From a virus, in IMG/VR virus record IMGVR_UViG_3300008113_000012, positions 32,001 through 96,000 of that record: DNA of 64,000 nt, one strand, 5' to 3'. The notes beneath the pieces were generated by a model. The model saw only the letters and a list, made by a program, of their open reading frames with translations, ran no database searches and had not been told where the DNA came from. A program made the position numbers and the translations under genes. This document shows positions 19,301 through 29,200 of the stretch, in pieces (position 1 is the stretch's first letter; each line of letters starts with the position of its first letter).

Positions 19301-20149
19301 GACAGCGATATTGAAATTAATGACAACTATATTACCACTACAGTTGGTAATAATAATTTAATACTAACTGCAAACGGAACAGGCGGCCTAAGGTTAGAAA
19401 AACTTAAATTCAATGCAGGAACACTCAGTACAGAAAGCAATAATGACAGTATTATTTTATCAATACCTGCAGGCAATTTACTAATTGACAGTGCAACTGC
19501 ATTAAAAATTCCTGTTGGAACTACTGTAAATCGTCCTACGCTAACACAAGGTGAATTGAGATTTGACACGACTGATAATTTGTTTAGAGGATACAGTGCA
19601 TCTACAGTTACCTTTGCAGGTGTGTATTCTGCAGATAGATTAACAAAAGTTTTGGCTCATCCAACTAATAACACTATAGGATTTACTACTAATAATAGTA
19701 CATCAATGACTGTTAGCTCTACTGGATTTAATATTAATGCCTTAGCTGTAGATAACTTGTTATTTAACAACAGTACAATTTCTTCAACAGCTACAAACAC
19801 AAACATTACTTTAAATTCAAACGGCACTGGCTATGTTAAAATTGGAGATATAGCATTAGAAACAAACGAGTTTCTAAACTTAAATGCAACTAATCCATTA
19901 ATATTACAAAATACTGGAGCAGGTTATATCAAATTTGCTGGCACATATGGACTAGCAATTCCTTCAGGTGATATTAATTCTAGACCACTATCACCTGAAA
20001 CAGGAGACTTACGTTGGAACACTGAACTAAGTGAAGCAGAAGTGTTTAACGGAGTAAACTATCAAGCTCTGTCAGGTAGTGGTGGAGATCTTCTTAGCGC
20101 AGAAGAAGTACAAGAAGCAACTAATCTTTGGGCCCTTGTACTAGGCTAA
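16343..20149 (+). CDS. Large fibre protein with pectin-lyase-like beta-helix and repeated shaft modules
   Basis: 1268 aa. WYVASNGLD...FATIREAL...GDTVYIYPGTYTE beta-helix start; L.L.ANGTG repeats; TAAATA at 16320-16325. Confidence 0.8.
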   Translation: MANALGRISGQLLKDNLTRSGNDLKFDEFGSTDPLLNLNVTGRYISVNSDTTFRPLFVNGKTFTSNLISLDGLQGSSNLKLSVNGNTIVSIQDLNLFAATQVNANIIDTDNIRIDGNVISTKTLNTVLDITPAGSLDIYNKLNVTGNLWAKETAPGNGTGRITLDGNITFGSDGADTISFAADINTDINPNVDELYSIGSTSQKWEGLYTALINGQQVSSTSIASGGIDLASRQGKIWYVASNGLDTNVGDHQNGAFATIREALLNATAGDTVYIYPGTYTEITPLTIPVGVTVKGTGIRSVTVVPDATTDTETVFLINGESTISDLTVKDFYAPGYAFAFAPGFTVTSRSPYVQNITVITKGSVISPSDPRGFDEGDAGGGARVDGSLATASSKEASMLFHSVTFITPGVDALVMTNGVRVEWLNSFSYFANRGIYATQGTLGLASLGVRFGAEIRSIGSANVYGNYGAEANGASTLMYLIQHNFAYIGAGKDVTNDPSLNIAANETVELAAGKIYYQSLDNKGNFKVGDAFGVSFDTGRVTISGVSVSAGGVTSINFAAGTDETVIDATQVTVNNVTFSDNLISTLSGPVNLDSGTGEIKLNANTDVTDNLIIDGNFNIDGQLTIGNAYIDIVRFEAPVEFDLRPVTDDDYTLGGPTNKSWDFVYLDTSYIGSYKLENATISTLPTNADVELRADTTGKIYVPTNNVEFDNDLTVDTTTALKLTIVTGEITQYGDYYQTGNTLQTGNREITNTLDVTNNIYFDNINIVDNRIFTTNLNDSLELRAAGTTGKVIFNEITEFSQNALFGTLESNGLGNSGTITSDIFSDSDIEINDNYITTTVGNNDLRLVPNGIGKLLLPLDPLAIDQALTVEDTSTLKSVNMNGNLVHVGTTSQTGNVTQTGNFDLSNDLTVTGTNAFFTDVRIINNSIATSTGNNNLELRANGTGIINITDFAAFGQTLTVNGITSTTTLSTVTGTITSDIFTDSDIEINDNYITTTVGNNNLILTANGTGGLRLEKLKFNAGTLSTESNNDSIILSIPAGNLLIDSATALKIPVGTTVNRPTLTQGELRFDTTDNLFRGYSASTVTFAGVYSADRLTKVLAHPTNNTIGFTTNNSTSMTVSSTGFNINALAVDNLLFNNSTISSTATNTNITLNSNGTGYVKIGDIALETNEFLNLNATNPLILQNTGAGYIKFAGTYGLAIPSGDINSRPLSPETGDLRWNTELSEAEVFNGVNYQALSGSGGDLLSAEEVQEATNLWALVLG
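18798..19353 (+). repeat. 82-nt near-identical intragenic direct repeat (18798-18879 and 19272-19353)
   Basis: Both copies encode GTITSDIF(S/T)DSDIEINDNYITTTVGNN; differences are mostly at third codon positions. Confidence 0.85.
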
Positions 20150-20162
20150 AACTCAAAACGGC

Positions 20163-20295
20163 TAAATACTACTGATTACAAGAAATGGCATTTCTTGTAT
20201 GGTTAAACTGTGGTAAACCAGCAAAGAGCCCTCAGGGATGCAGACTCAAGTCTAAACTAGGTTAACCGTGAAACACGGGGTCTAAAGGAGCGCAC
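20163..20295 (+). promoter_or_regulatory. Late promoter plus structured ~125-nt 5' leader (candidate cis-regulatory RNA)
   Basis: TAAATA at 20163-20168; 10-bp stem TACAAGAAAT/ATTTCTTGTA; short stems TGG/CCA, CCC/GGG, AGAC/GTCT, CCGTG/CACGG before AAGGAG. Confidence 0.55.
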
Positions 20296-23200
20296 ATGAG
20301 CCAGCTTGGTCGAATTTCCGGTCAACTTTTAAAAGATAACCTAACCCGCAACGGCCATGACTTAACGTTTGATGCAACTGATGCACACCCAGAAGGCTTA
20401 CTCCATTTAGACGTTAATAATCGTAGAGTTGGTATTAAAACACTTACTCCTGATCACGAACTAGACGTAAACGGTACAACAAGAACAACAGATTTAGAAG
20501 TTACAAATCAAGCAGTGCTTGATGACTTAACATTTTCTACAGACACTATTACTAGCGGTACAGGCACGTTAAATTTAACCAACGGTACAGGCGATCAAAT
20601 TAACTATCAAGCAAAACTAGTAGTTGACAATGTTGAACTTGAAAACAACGTAATTAGAACTAATAGTGCTGCAAATTTAGAACTCCGTCCAAACGGCACA
20701 GGAACTGTTGATGTCTACGCAGATACAAACATCTACGGTGATGTTTACGTATCTGGTAATATTCGTGCGGATGGTAATATTACAGTTGGTGATGCTAATA
20801 CAGACAATATTACAATTAATGCAGATGTTGCAAGTGATATTATTCCAAATACCGATATTACATACAAGCTAGGTAACGGCGGAACTAGTTATATAGAAGG
20901 TGTAGAATTTACACTAGGTGATGTTACTTTAACTGTTAGCGGAACAGGAACAACTGTTGTGTTGTCTATACCAGCAGCTGGTCCAACTTGGATTAATACA
21001 TTAGTTGCACATACTACCGGTAAATCATATCAAATAGTTTTAGACAACGAGCCAGGCAGCTATTCTCTAGTTACATTAGGATCGTGGACTGGAACTAATC
21101 CACAAACAGTATCAACTAGTAACGACGGATTAATAGATGGCGTTTACAATGTTGCGTCAATTAGATTTGATCAAAAACGTTGGTTAGACTTATGGGTTAA
21201 AAATGTTTATACAGATGCAGTAGTATCTGGAGACATTACCATTGACGGAATCAATTTAAATTCTACACAGGGTAAAATTTATTATGTTGCTACAAACGGT
21301 TCAGATTCTAATGCAGGCGAACATCAAAATGATCCGTTTGCCACAGTTAAGAAAGCTCTAAGTGTAGCAACTAGTGACGATGCTGTTTACATTTATCCAG
21401 GAACCTATACCGAAATATTTCCGTTAACTGTTCCTGTAGGAGTAGATCTTAGAGGCGCTGGAATACGTTCAGTAAAGATTACTCCAACTACTGCAACTCG
21501 CTATAACGATGCGTTTTTAATTAATGGCGAATCAACAGTTGAAGACATTACCATTGCTGATTTCTTCAGCGGCGGAAATTATTTTACAGTAACAGCAGCT
21601 AGTCTAAACTCAACAACAGTTAATGTTGGAACAGCACCATACGCTCACACATATGTAAGTGGCGGAACTATTAACATTGGCGGAACAGATTACACAATTA
21701 CAAATGCTGTTTACACACATACAACTGGAGTTTTAGTACTAACTCATACTGGCGGTACAGCAACTCCGACTACTACAGTATTTTTATCTAATCTAACATT
21801 CAGCTGCAATGGTGGCGAAAGAGTATTTCCAGACAACGGATATGCATTCCGCTTTGCAACAGACTTTGCAGTTACAAGTCGTAGTCCATACATTAGAAAC
21901 ATAACTGTATTAACTAAGGGTAGTGTTACTAGCTTATCAGATCCATTAGGCTACAACGAAGGTGATGCTGGTAAAGGTGCGTACATTGACGGTGCTTATG
22001 CAACTGCATTGAGTAAAGAAGCGTCAATGCTATTCCACAGTGTGACATTCATCTGTCCGGGTGTTGATGTAATTGTTGCTACTAACGGCACTCGAGTAGA
22101 ATGGCTAAACTCGTTCACTTACTATGCAAATCGCAGTATGTATTTGTACAGCAGCAACGATGGATTTGCTGGCGCAGGTTTAACTAGATTAAAACTACCA
22201 GTAGCTACTCGAACAGGCACCTGGGCAGTAGGCAATACTGTTAGCTATTATGATACCAATGGAACTACCGTATTAACTTCAGGTACTGTTACTAGCGTTG
22301 ACGGTGACTGGGTTAACTTAACAGGAAGAGTACAAGGATTTTTAATTCCAGATGATCGTGCTCCTAAGACTGTAACACTAAACGGTGATGCAAAATTAAG
22401 CACTGCACAGAAAAAGTTTGGTACAGCAAGTCTTGTATTAGATGGCACTGGTGATTTTATCACATTAAGCAGTCAAGTTGACTTCGGCTACGGAACTGGT
22501 GATTTTACTATTGAGTTTTTCTGGAGACCTACTGCCATTGGAGTAGCTCAAGTTTTATTAGATTGTAGAACAGCAACTAACGATACTGCATTGTACTTGG
22601 AAATGAATGCTGCTGGCAATGTTAGATTATTTGTTAGCAATGCATATCGAATAACATCATCTGTAGTTTGTACAGCAGGAACATTTAATCACATAGCGTT
22701 ATTCAGAACTGGAGGCACTACTAAGTTAGCAGTTAACGGAACTATCACTCCAACAACATTTGCTGATGCTACAGACTATCCAGCAAGACCATTTAGACTA
22801 GGAGCCACTTGGGTAGGAACTGCTCCATGCACAGGATATTTTGACGAACTGCGTGTAGTAAAAGGTGTAACCAAATATACTACTACCGTTACTGTTCCTA
22901 CAATACCATTCTTAGCTGACACATCAACAGTTCTATTATTGCACTTTAACGGATTAAACAACAGTACAAACGTTGTTGACGACGGTGTTACGTTTGTTGA
23001 TATCCGCAGTTCAGCAGGCGGCGCAACTACAGACCTAGCTGTCGCAGACTATTCAGACTTTGGTGTTGAACTACGCTCAATTGGTTCAGCTGCTGTCTAC
23101 GGTAACTACGGTATCTACGGTGACGGTGCTGGTGTTATTGCTTACCTAATTGGACAAAACTTAGCCTACATTGGTAACGGCAAAGAGACTACAAACGATC

Positions 23201-25536
23201 CTACTACTGTTATACAAGCTAACGAAGTTGTTGAACTTGATAATGCCAAGATTTTCTATAACAGTGTGGACCACAAAGGTGATTTCCGTATCGGAGATTT
23301 ATTCTACGTTAATCAAGCTACAGGTGAAGTTAGCTTTACAAACTCGGCAGTTAGTATTGGCACAAGCCTGACATTTGACGACGGCGGCGGCAACATTACT
23401 TACATCGATGCTACTAAAATTGAAACCGGTGATTTTAGAATCAGCGATAACACAATTGAAACATTAAGTTTAGATTTCAATGTTGATTCTGCGACTAATC
23501 AAATTAACCTACAGAGTAATGTTACTGTAACTGGCAACTTAGATGTTACAGGCGATGTTACCGTTGGCGGCAATGTTACAATTGGTAACGAGTCAACTGA
23601 CACTGTGCAATTTGTTGCCGGAGTTGACAGTGATATTTTACCTGCATTACCTAGTACATATGATTTAGGTACCCCTACAGAACGTTGGAGTACATTATAT
23701 TCTACAACGTTAATTAATGCTAACATTCAAATTAGCACTAATGTTATTACAACTACTGATTCTAATTTAGATTTAACTTTACAAGCTAACGGCACAGGAC
23801 GCATCTATGTACCTGCTAACAATGTTGAAATTACTAACAATCTAACAGTCAACGGAACTACAAATCTAGCAACAACCAACATTGGTGTAGTTGGTACCCC
23901 TGCGACTGTTACACACGTAGGCGGAGTAACTCAAACTGGAGACTTGTTCCAAACTGGTAACACTGAAATTACTGGAACATTAACTGTTGGGTCAACTGCA
24001 CAGTTTGAAGACATACAAATAGATAATAATATTATTACTACTACAATTGGTAATAATAATTTAGTATTAGAAGCTGCTGGTACAGGTAAGATTATTGTTC
24101 CTTTAGATAATGCTGAGGTAACAGGCACACTTACAGTAACAGGAACAACTAGTACTACTACAATTAACAACTCTGGTACTGTTACTTCTACTATTTTTAC
24201 TACTGGTAATTTAAGAATTACCACAAATAATATTACCACAACTGTAGCTGATACTGATCTAGTTTTAGAAGCAAGTGGTACCGGACGTATATATGTTCCA
24301 AGTAATGATGTTACACTAGGTAAAACACTAACTGTCACAGGCTTAACAACTCTAGTTGATACTGGTATTACTGGAACACTAACACATATTGGTGCAACTA
24401 CACGAACAGGCGACGTTAATCAAACTGGCAACTATGTATTAACTGGAAACTTAACAGTATCAAACATTGCACAGTTCAAAGATGTTAACATTACCAACAA
24501 TGTAATCACAACAACTTTAACTAACAGCAATTTATTATTAGGTGCAGCCGGAACTGGAATTATTTCTGTACCTACTAACAACGTTACAATTGATAACAAT
24601 CTAACCGTTACAGGAACAACATTCACAGCCAATATTAATAACAGCGGAACAGTTACAGCTGGAACATTCAGCACTGGCAATATTAGTATAAATGGTAATA
24701 CTATCCAGACTACTTCTACTAATAGTAATTTACAATTGCAAGCCGCTGGCACTGGATTTATTGAACTTGAACAATTTGATGTACAAGAAAATGAATTAAG
24801 AATTAACAGCGGCACTGATATGACTATTGCGCCAAACGGCACAGGTATAGTTAATATCAATTCTACACAGAGTATTAAGTTACCAGTTGGTGCTACAGGA
24901 GATCGCCCTACACCAGTAACTGGTATGATTCGTTTCAATAATTCATTGAATAGATACGAAGGATACGATGGTGCTAATTGGATTAGACTAGACGGTGTTA
25001 GTGACAGTGACGGTAATACCTATATTACAGCTGAACTAACACCTGGTGCAAACGATAACACTATTAGATTCGTCATCGATGGAACACAGGTTGCAGATTT
25101 AACATCAACAAGATTAGATGTTATTAACGTAGATGTTGATAGTATTAACATTAATAATAATACTATTTCTACAACTACTACAAACACTGATTTGATCATA
25201 GCACCTAACGGTACCGGTGCACTAAGAATTGGGAACTTTGCCTTTCGTAGTAACTTGATCACAAATACTGTAAATAACAGTATCACATCATTTAATCAGA
25301 CCGGTGACGGTTACGTTAAAATTAACAGCACTGGTGGATTTGTTATTCCTGTTGGTGAAACAGGACAACGCCCTGCACTATTTGAAGTTGGTATGATGCG
25401 CTACAACACAACAGATCAACGTGTTGAAATTTGGGACGGCGCTTTATGGGTAGGCGCAGGACAAGGCGCAGGCGGCGGAGTAACAGCTAACGAAGCACAA
25501 GACATTGGTATTGTTAGTGCAATTATATTTGGATAA
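20296..25536 (+). CDS. Large fibre protein, paralog of 16343-20149, with beta-helix and inserted LamG/ConA-like lectin domain
   Basis: 1746 aa. Shared LGRISGQLLKDNLTR start; KFGTASLVLDGTGDF...GTGDFTIEFFWRP...GYFDELRVVKG LamG-like signature. Confidence 0.82.
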   Translation: MSQLGRISGQLLKDNLTRNGHDLTFDATDAHPEGLLHLDVNNRRVGIKTLTPDHELDVNGTTRTTDLEVTNQAVLDDLTFSTDTITSGTGTLNLTNGTGDQINYQAKLVVDNVELENNVIRTNSAANLELRPNGTGTVDVYADTNIYGDVYVSGNIRADGNITVGDANTDNITINADVASDIIPNTDITYKLGNGGTSYIEGVEFTLGDVTLTVSGTGTTVVLSIPAAGPTWINTLVAHTTGKSYQIVLDNEPGSYSLVTLGSWTGTNPQTVSTSNDGLIDGVYNVASIRFDQKRWLDLWVKNVYTDAVVSGDITIDGINLNSTQGKIYYVATNGSDSNAGEHQNDPFATVKKALSVATSDDAVYIYPGTYTEIFPLTVPVGVDLRGAGIRSVKITPTTATRYNDAFLINGESTVEDITIADFFSGGNYFTVTAASLNSTTVNVGTAPYAHTYVSGGTINIGGTDYTITNAVYTHTTGVLVLTHTGGTATPTTTVFLSNLTFSCNGGERVFPDNGYAFRFATDFAVTSRSPYIRNITVLTKGSVTSLSDPLGYNEGDAGKGAYIDGAYATALSKEASMLFHSVTFICPGVDVIVATNGTRVEWLNSFTYYANRSMYLYSSNDGFAGAGLTRLKLPVATRTGTWAVGNTVSYYDTNGTTVLTSGTVTSVDGDWVNLTGRVQGFLIPDDRAPKTVTLNGDAKLSTAQKKFGTASLVLDGTGDFITLSSQVDFGYGTGDFTIEFFWRPTAIGVAQVLLDCRTATNDTALYLEMNAAGNVRLFVSNAYRITSSVVCTAGTFNHIALFRTGGTTKLAVNGTITPTTFADATDYPARPFRLGATWVGTAPCTGYFDELRVVKGVTKYTTTVTVPTIPFLADTSTVLLLHFNGLNNSTNVVDDGVTFVDIRSSAGGATTDLAVADYSDFGVELRSIGSAAVYGNYGIYGDGAGVIAYLIGQNLAYIGNGKETTNDPTTVIQANEVVELDNAKIFYNSVDHKGDFRIGDLFYVNQATGEVSFTNSAVSIGTSLTFDDGGGNITYIDATKIETGDFRISDNTIETLSLDFNVDSATNQINLQSNVTVTGNLDVTGDVTVGGNVTIGNESTDTVQFVAGVDSDILPALPSTYDLGTPTERWSTLYSTTLINANIQISTNVITTTDSNLDLTLQANGTGRIYVPANNVEITNNLTVNGTTNLATTNIGVVGTPATVTHVGGVTQTGDLFQTGNTEITGTLTVGSTAQFEDIQIDNNIITTTIGNNNLVLEAAGTGKIIVPLDNAEVTGTLTVTGTTSTTTINNSGTVTSTIFTTGNLRITTNNITTTVADTDLVLEASGTGRIYVPSNDVTLGKTLTVTGLTTLVDTGITGTLTHIGATTRTGDVNQTGNYVLTGNLTVSNIAQFKDVNITNNVITTTLTNSNLLLGAAGTGIISVPTNNVTIDNNLTVTGTTFTANINNSGTVTAGTFSTGNISINGNTIQTTSTNSNLQLQAAGTGFIELEQFDVQENELRINSGTDMTIAPNGTGIVNINSTQSIKLPVGATGDRPTPVTGMIRFNNSLNRYEGYDGANWIRLDGVSDSDGNTYITAELTPGANDNTIRFVIDGTQVADLTSTRLDVINVDVDSININNNTISTTTTNTDLIIAPNGTGALRIGNFAFRSNLITNTVNNSITSFNQTGDGYVKINSTGGFVIPVGETGQRPALFEVGMMRYNTTDQRVEIWDGALWVGAGQGAGGGVTANEAQDIGIVSAIIFG

Positions 25537-25541
25537 AGAAC

Positions 25542-25871
25542 ATGGCATCATTTTTTAGAAATAAGGTATTGAAGGATGTGGGCGTGACCCCAGTAACTGC
25601 ACTAACAACGGCAGCAAATACTCGTATGACTATCATCGGTATGAGTTTTGCTAACTTAACAGAAAGTATTGTACTGCTTGATGTAAAACTTACAGATGCT
25701 ACACCTACTACAGGTTACTATGCTAAACAAGTTTTAATACCTCCTAACTCTAGTTTAAGATTAGTAAATGGTGGTGAGAAATTAATTCTTGCAGAAAGTA
25801 ATTCATTAATTGTTAATGCAAATGTAGCAGCAGGATTAGATGTTATTATCAGCTACGTTGAATTAGTATAA
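25542..25871 (+). CDS. Small (~110 aa) structural/adaptor protein, paralog 2
   Basis: IIGMSFAN...IPPNSSL...GEKLIL; follows a fibre gene ending AIIFG. Confidence 0.7.
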   Translation: MASFFRNKVLKDVGVTPVTALTTAANTRMTIIGMSFANLTESIVLLDVKLTDATPTTGYYAKQVLIPPNSSLRLVNGGEKLILAESNSLIVNANVAAGLDVIISYVELV

Positions 25872-25881
25872 GGAACATATC

Positions 25882-26256
25882 ATGGCATATTACGTTGGAC
25901 AAAATAACAATTTAAATGAGATATTAGGGGAAGGAAATGCAAGATATTTTTATGCTTTGCGTAGAGACGACGATGGATTACTTTTCTTTGCAAAAATTGA
26001 TCAATTAATTGATGAAGATACTATTACTATTAACAATTCTGGACTAACAGAAGATGATTATACTGAATTTGAATACGGTGTTGACTTTTTTGACGGACGA
26101 TTAGAAGAAGACCACAGCAGACCCTATGCAAATTTGCAATGGGATCAATTTAGATGGGACAGCAAGAATGTGTATTATTATATAAACACTTCTGGAGAAC
26201 TAATTGTAAGAATAAATCAAGCGTACACTTATCCACCTGAATTAATTGTAAGCTAA
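25882..26256 (+). CDS. Hypothetical protein in the fibre operon
   Basis: 124 aa, AAGGA RBS, acidic/aromatic composition. Confidence 0.65.
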   Translation: MAYYVGQNNNLNEILGEGNARYFYALRRDDDGLLFFAKIDQLIDEDTITINNSGLTEDDYTEFEYGVDFFDGRLEEDHSRPYANLQWDQFRWDSKNVYYYINTSGELIVRINQAYTYPPELIVS

Positions 26257-26277
26257 AAGACATAAGGAAAATTTAAA

Positions 26278-29200
26278 ATGGCAGCAGAATTTAAAATTGG
26301 CAGATTGCGTTACACATGGAAAGGCGCTTGGGGAACAGCAACTTTTTATAATAGAGATGCGGTTGCATCATTTGACGGTAAAACTTATGTTTGTTTAGTA
26401 CCTCACACATCTAGTCAGTTTTACAGCGATTACAATTACGTCGATCCAGTAAACGGTAGTGCTCCTCGCTGGACATTAATGTTAGATGGAACTTCTTGGA
26501 AGGGTGAATGGCAACCTCTTACATCATATACACTAGGTGCTATTGTTCTTTATGGCGGAAGTTTATATAAGCGTATTGTTAATGCACCTAGCGGCCCAAC
26601 ATTTAATACTGCTAATTGGGAAATTTACATCGATGTAAACAGTAATTGGGCAGGAGAGTGGATCACAGCTACGCTATACAAATTAGGTGATATTGTAAAA
26701 TATGGCGCAACTACTTACAGATGTATAGTTCAACATACTTCTGCACTCCTTCTTGAAACTAATTTAGCAAATTGGGAAATTGTAGAAGCTGGTATCGAAT
26801 TTAAAGGCACATGGAATCCTAGCGCAGTGCGCTATAAAGTTAACGACATAGTTAAATACGGCCCAGACTTGTGGATTGCTAACGTAGGCCATACTTCAGC
26901 ACTGCCATTTAATGCCAGCACTGACATTGAGAATACATTACTGTCATGGCGCCTATGGCTTCCAGGCGCAGAGTATACAACATCGTGGAGTTCGACTACA
27001 ATTTATCAACCGGGCGAAGTTGTAATGTATGGAGGTTATTCATACGTTAACTTAACTATTAATAATCAAAACATTTTACCAACTGCTCCGGGTAGTGATT
27101 GGGAAGTAGTCACTACTGGATATAGTTTTCAAAATGATTGGTTAGTAGGAACAGCATATAAAATTGGTTCAGTTGTTAGACGCGGCGGCAATTTGTTCGA
27201 AGCAATAATAGATACTCAAGGTGAAGATCCTACAGAGGCCACTGTTACCGTAAATTATACCGCTGCCGGCAGTAGCGGAACTACATTAGTAGTTAATGAT
27301 ACAACTGGAATATACCCAGGCATGATAATTTCTGGAGACGGATTCGGATTAGGACAATTTGTTACGGAAGTAGTCGACGGAACTACACTAGCTATTAGCC
27401 TCGCACCAGACAATACAATTATTGACAATTACCCATTATCGCTAACAGGAGTTAACGGAACAGACTGGAAATTAATTACACCTGGAATTAGATGGAGAAA
27501 TAGATGGCTAGCTGGCAGCACTTACGTAGTTGGTGATATTGCAATATGGAATAATGCAACATATAAGTGTGTTAAGACAAATGTAGCAAGTACACCTAAT
27601 AGACCAGATAATAATATAACAAATGATATTTGGATTCTACATCTCCCACATGACCAGTACAACGTTTTAAATCTACCTGGAGATATGGTTGTTAATACAG
27701 ATGGTACTAATGAAGCATTGTCTATCGGCCCTGAAGGTTTCTTATTAAAATCAATCAACGGTATTCCAACATGGTCAAACGTATTCCAAACCCCAGCAGT
27801 ATATTATGTCACTCCAGACGGAACTGATTTACCAGGCAGTGGCAGGACTTGGGACAACCCGTACAAGTCTATAAAATATGCATGTGATCAGATTAATACA
27901 GGTATTTTTAATCTTTTTGCTAAAACTAGATTATTAAATAACAAAGAATTTTTAGTAGAAGAAGTAGTGCAATGGCAAATCTATCAAGTTGCTCAAGGTA
28001 ATGCACCCTTTACTATTAATGTATTTCCAGACGAATTTAAAACTAGACGAGATACTGGGTATCTAATTGATGCAATTATATTTGATTTATCTCGCGGAGG
28101 TAATAGTCAAACTGTTGCATTTGTTTTATCATTTTTTGATAGAGAATCAGATAACAAGTTTGTCACTGACGAAGTAGCAGACGAAATTGATACATTTATT
28201 GCAACTTTAAATCATTTATTTGATATTATTCTTGATGTATTAAACGGGGTAACAGTCACTCCTTCATACATTGATCTTAACAACGTTGTTACAGATCTAG
28301 TACAAGTTATTGGCGCTCCAGTCGAAGTATTAGTCATTAATCTTGTAAATGATTATAGATCAATAATCATTACACCACTAGTTGATGCTAACACTAATAA
28401 CGTTCCTCCTGAAAATCAAGGATTAACATCAACCGTTATGGTTAAAACTGGCGCTTTCTTTGAAGACCTTCCTATTGTTGTTCCATCAAATACTGCATTA
28501 GTTGGCGATGAGTTACGAGGAACAGTAGTTTCTCCAAAAGTAACAATTAACACAATTATTACTAGAACTTTGGCCAGCACTAACGTTTTTGTAACAGTAT
28601 CTACAGTAGGAATGGTTGAAGGAATGGGAGTACAATTTGTATCATCAAATCCTGTAGACGACAAAACTACAATTTTTGGCGGAGTGACTGCAGGACAGAC
28701 ATATTATATTGTTGGAGAAATTACAGCTACTCAATTTCAAGTTAGTGAAACAGTAGGCGGTTCTCCAATAACAGTTACAAATAATATAGGTGTTATGAAA
28801 ATTTACGGAGGCGATGCACTAAAAGATATGTTTTATGTGCAAAACGCTACAGGTATTCGCAATATGACACTTACAGGATTGTTAGGTACGTTGACAGATG
28901 TAAATGATTTTAATACACGTAGACCAACAGGCGGCGCATATGTTAGTTTAGATCCAGGTTCTGGACCAGATGATACTAGTGCATGGATTATTAAACGAAG
29001 TCCTTATATACAGAACGTAACAACATTTGGCATTGGCTGTGTTGGGTTGAAAGTAGATGGAACACTTCACTTAGGTGGAAATAAATCAGTAGTTGCTAAC
29101 GATTTTACGCAAATTTTAAGCGACGGCATAGGTGCGTGGATCACTGGACCAGATGCGTTATCAGAACTTGTTTCAGTATTCAGTTACTATAACTATGCTG

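Noticed and set aside
18798-19353. Repeat pair as a DGR template/variable repeat
   Set aside because: Both copies are in-frame coding, mismatches are mostly synonymous rather than adenine-specific, and no reverse transcriptase is in the window.
20200-20290. c-di-GMP-I riboswitch or hammerhead ribozyme call
   Set aside because: Only fragments resemble them (GCAAAG, GAAAC). The required order and core (CUGAUGA, or the GEMM P1/P2 layout) are absent, so it is kept as an unassigned leader.
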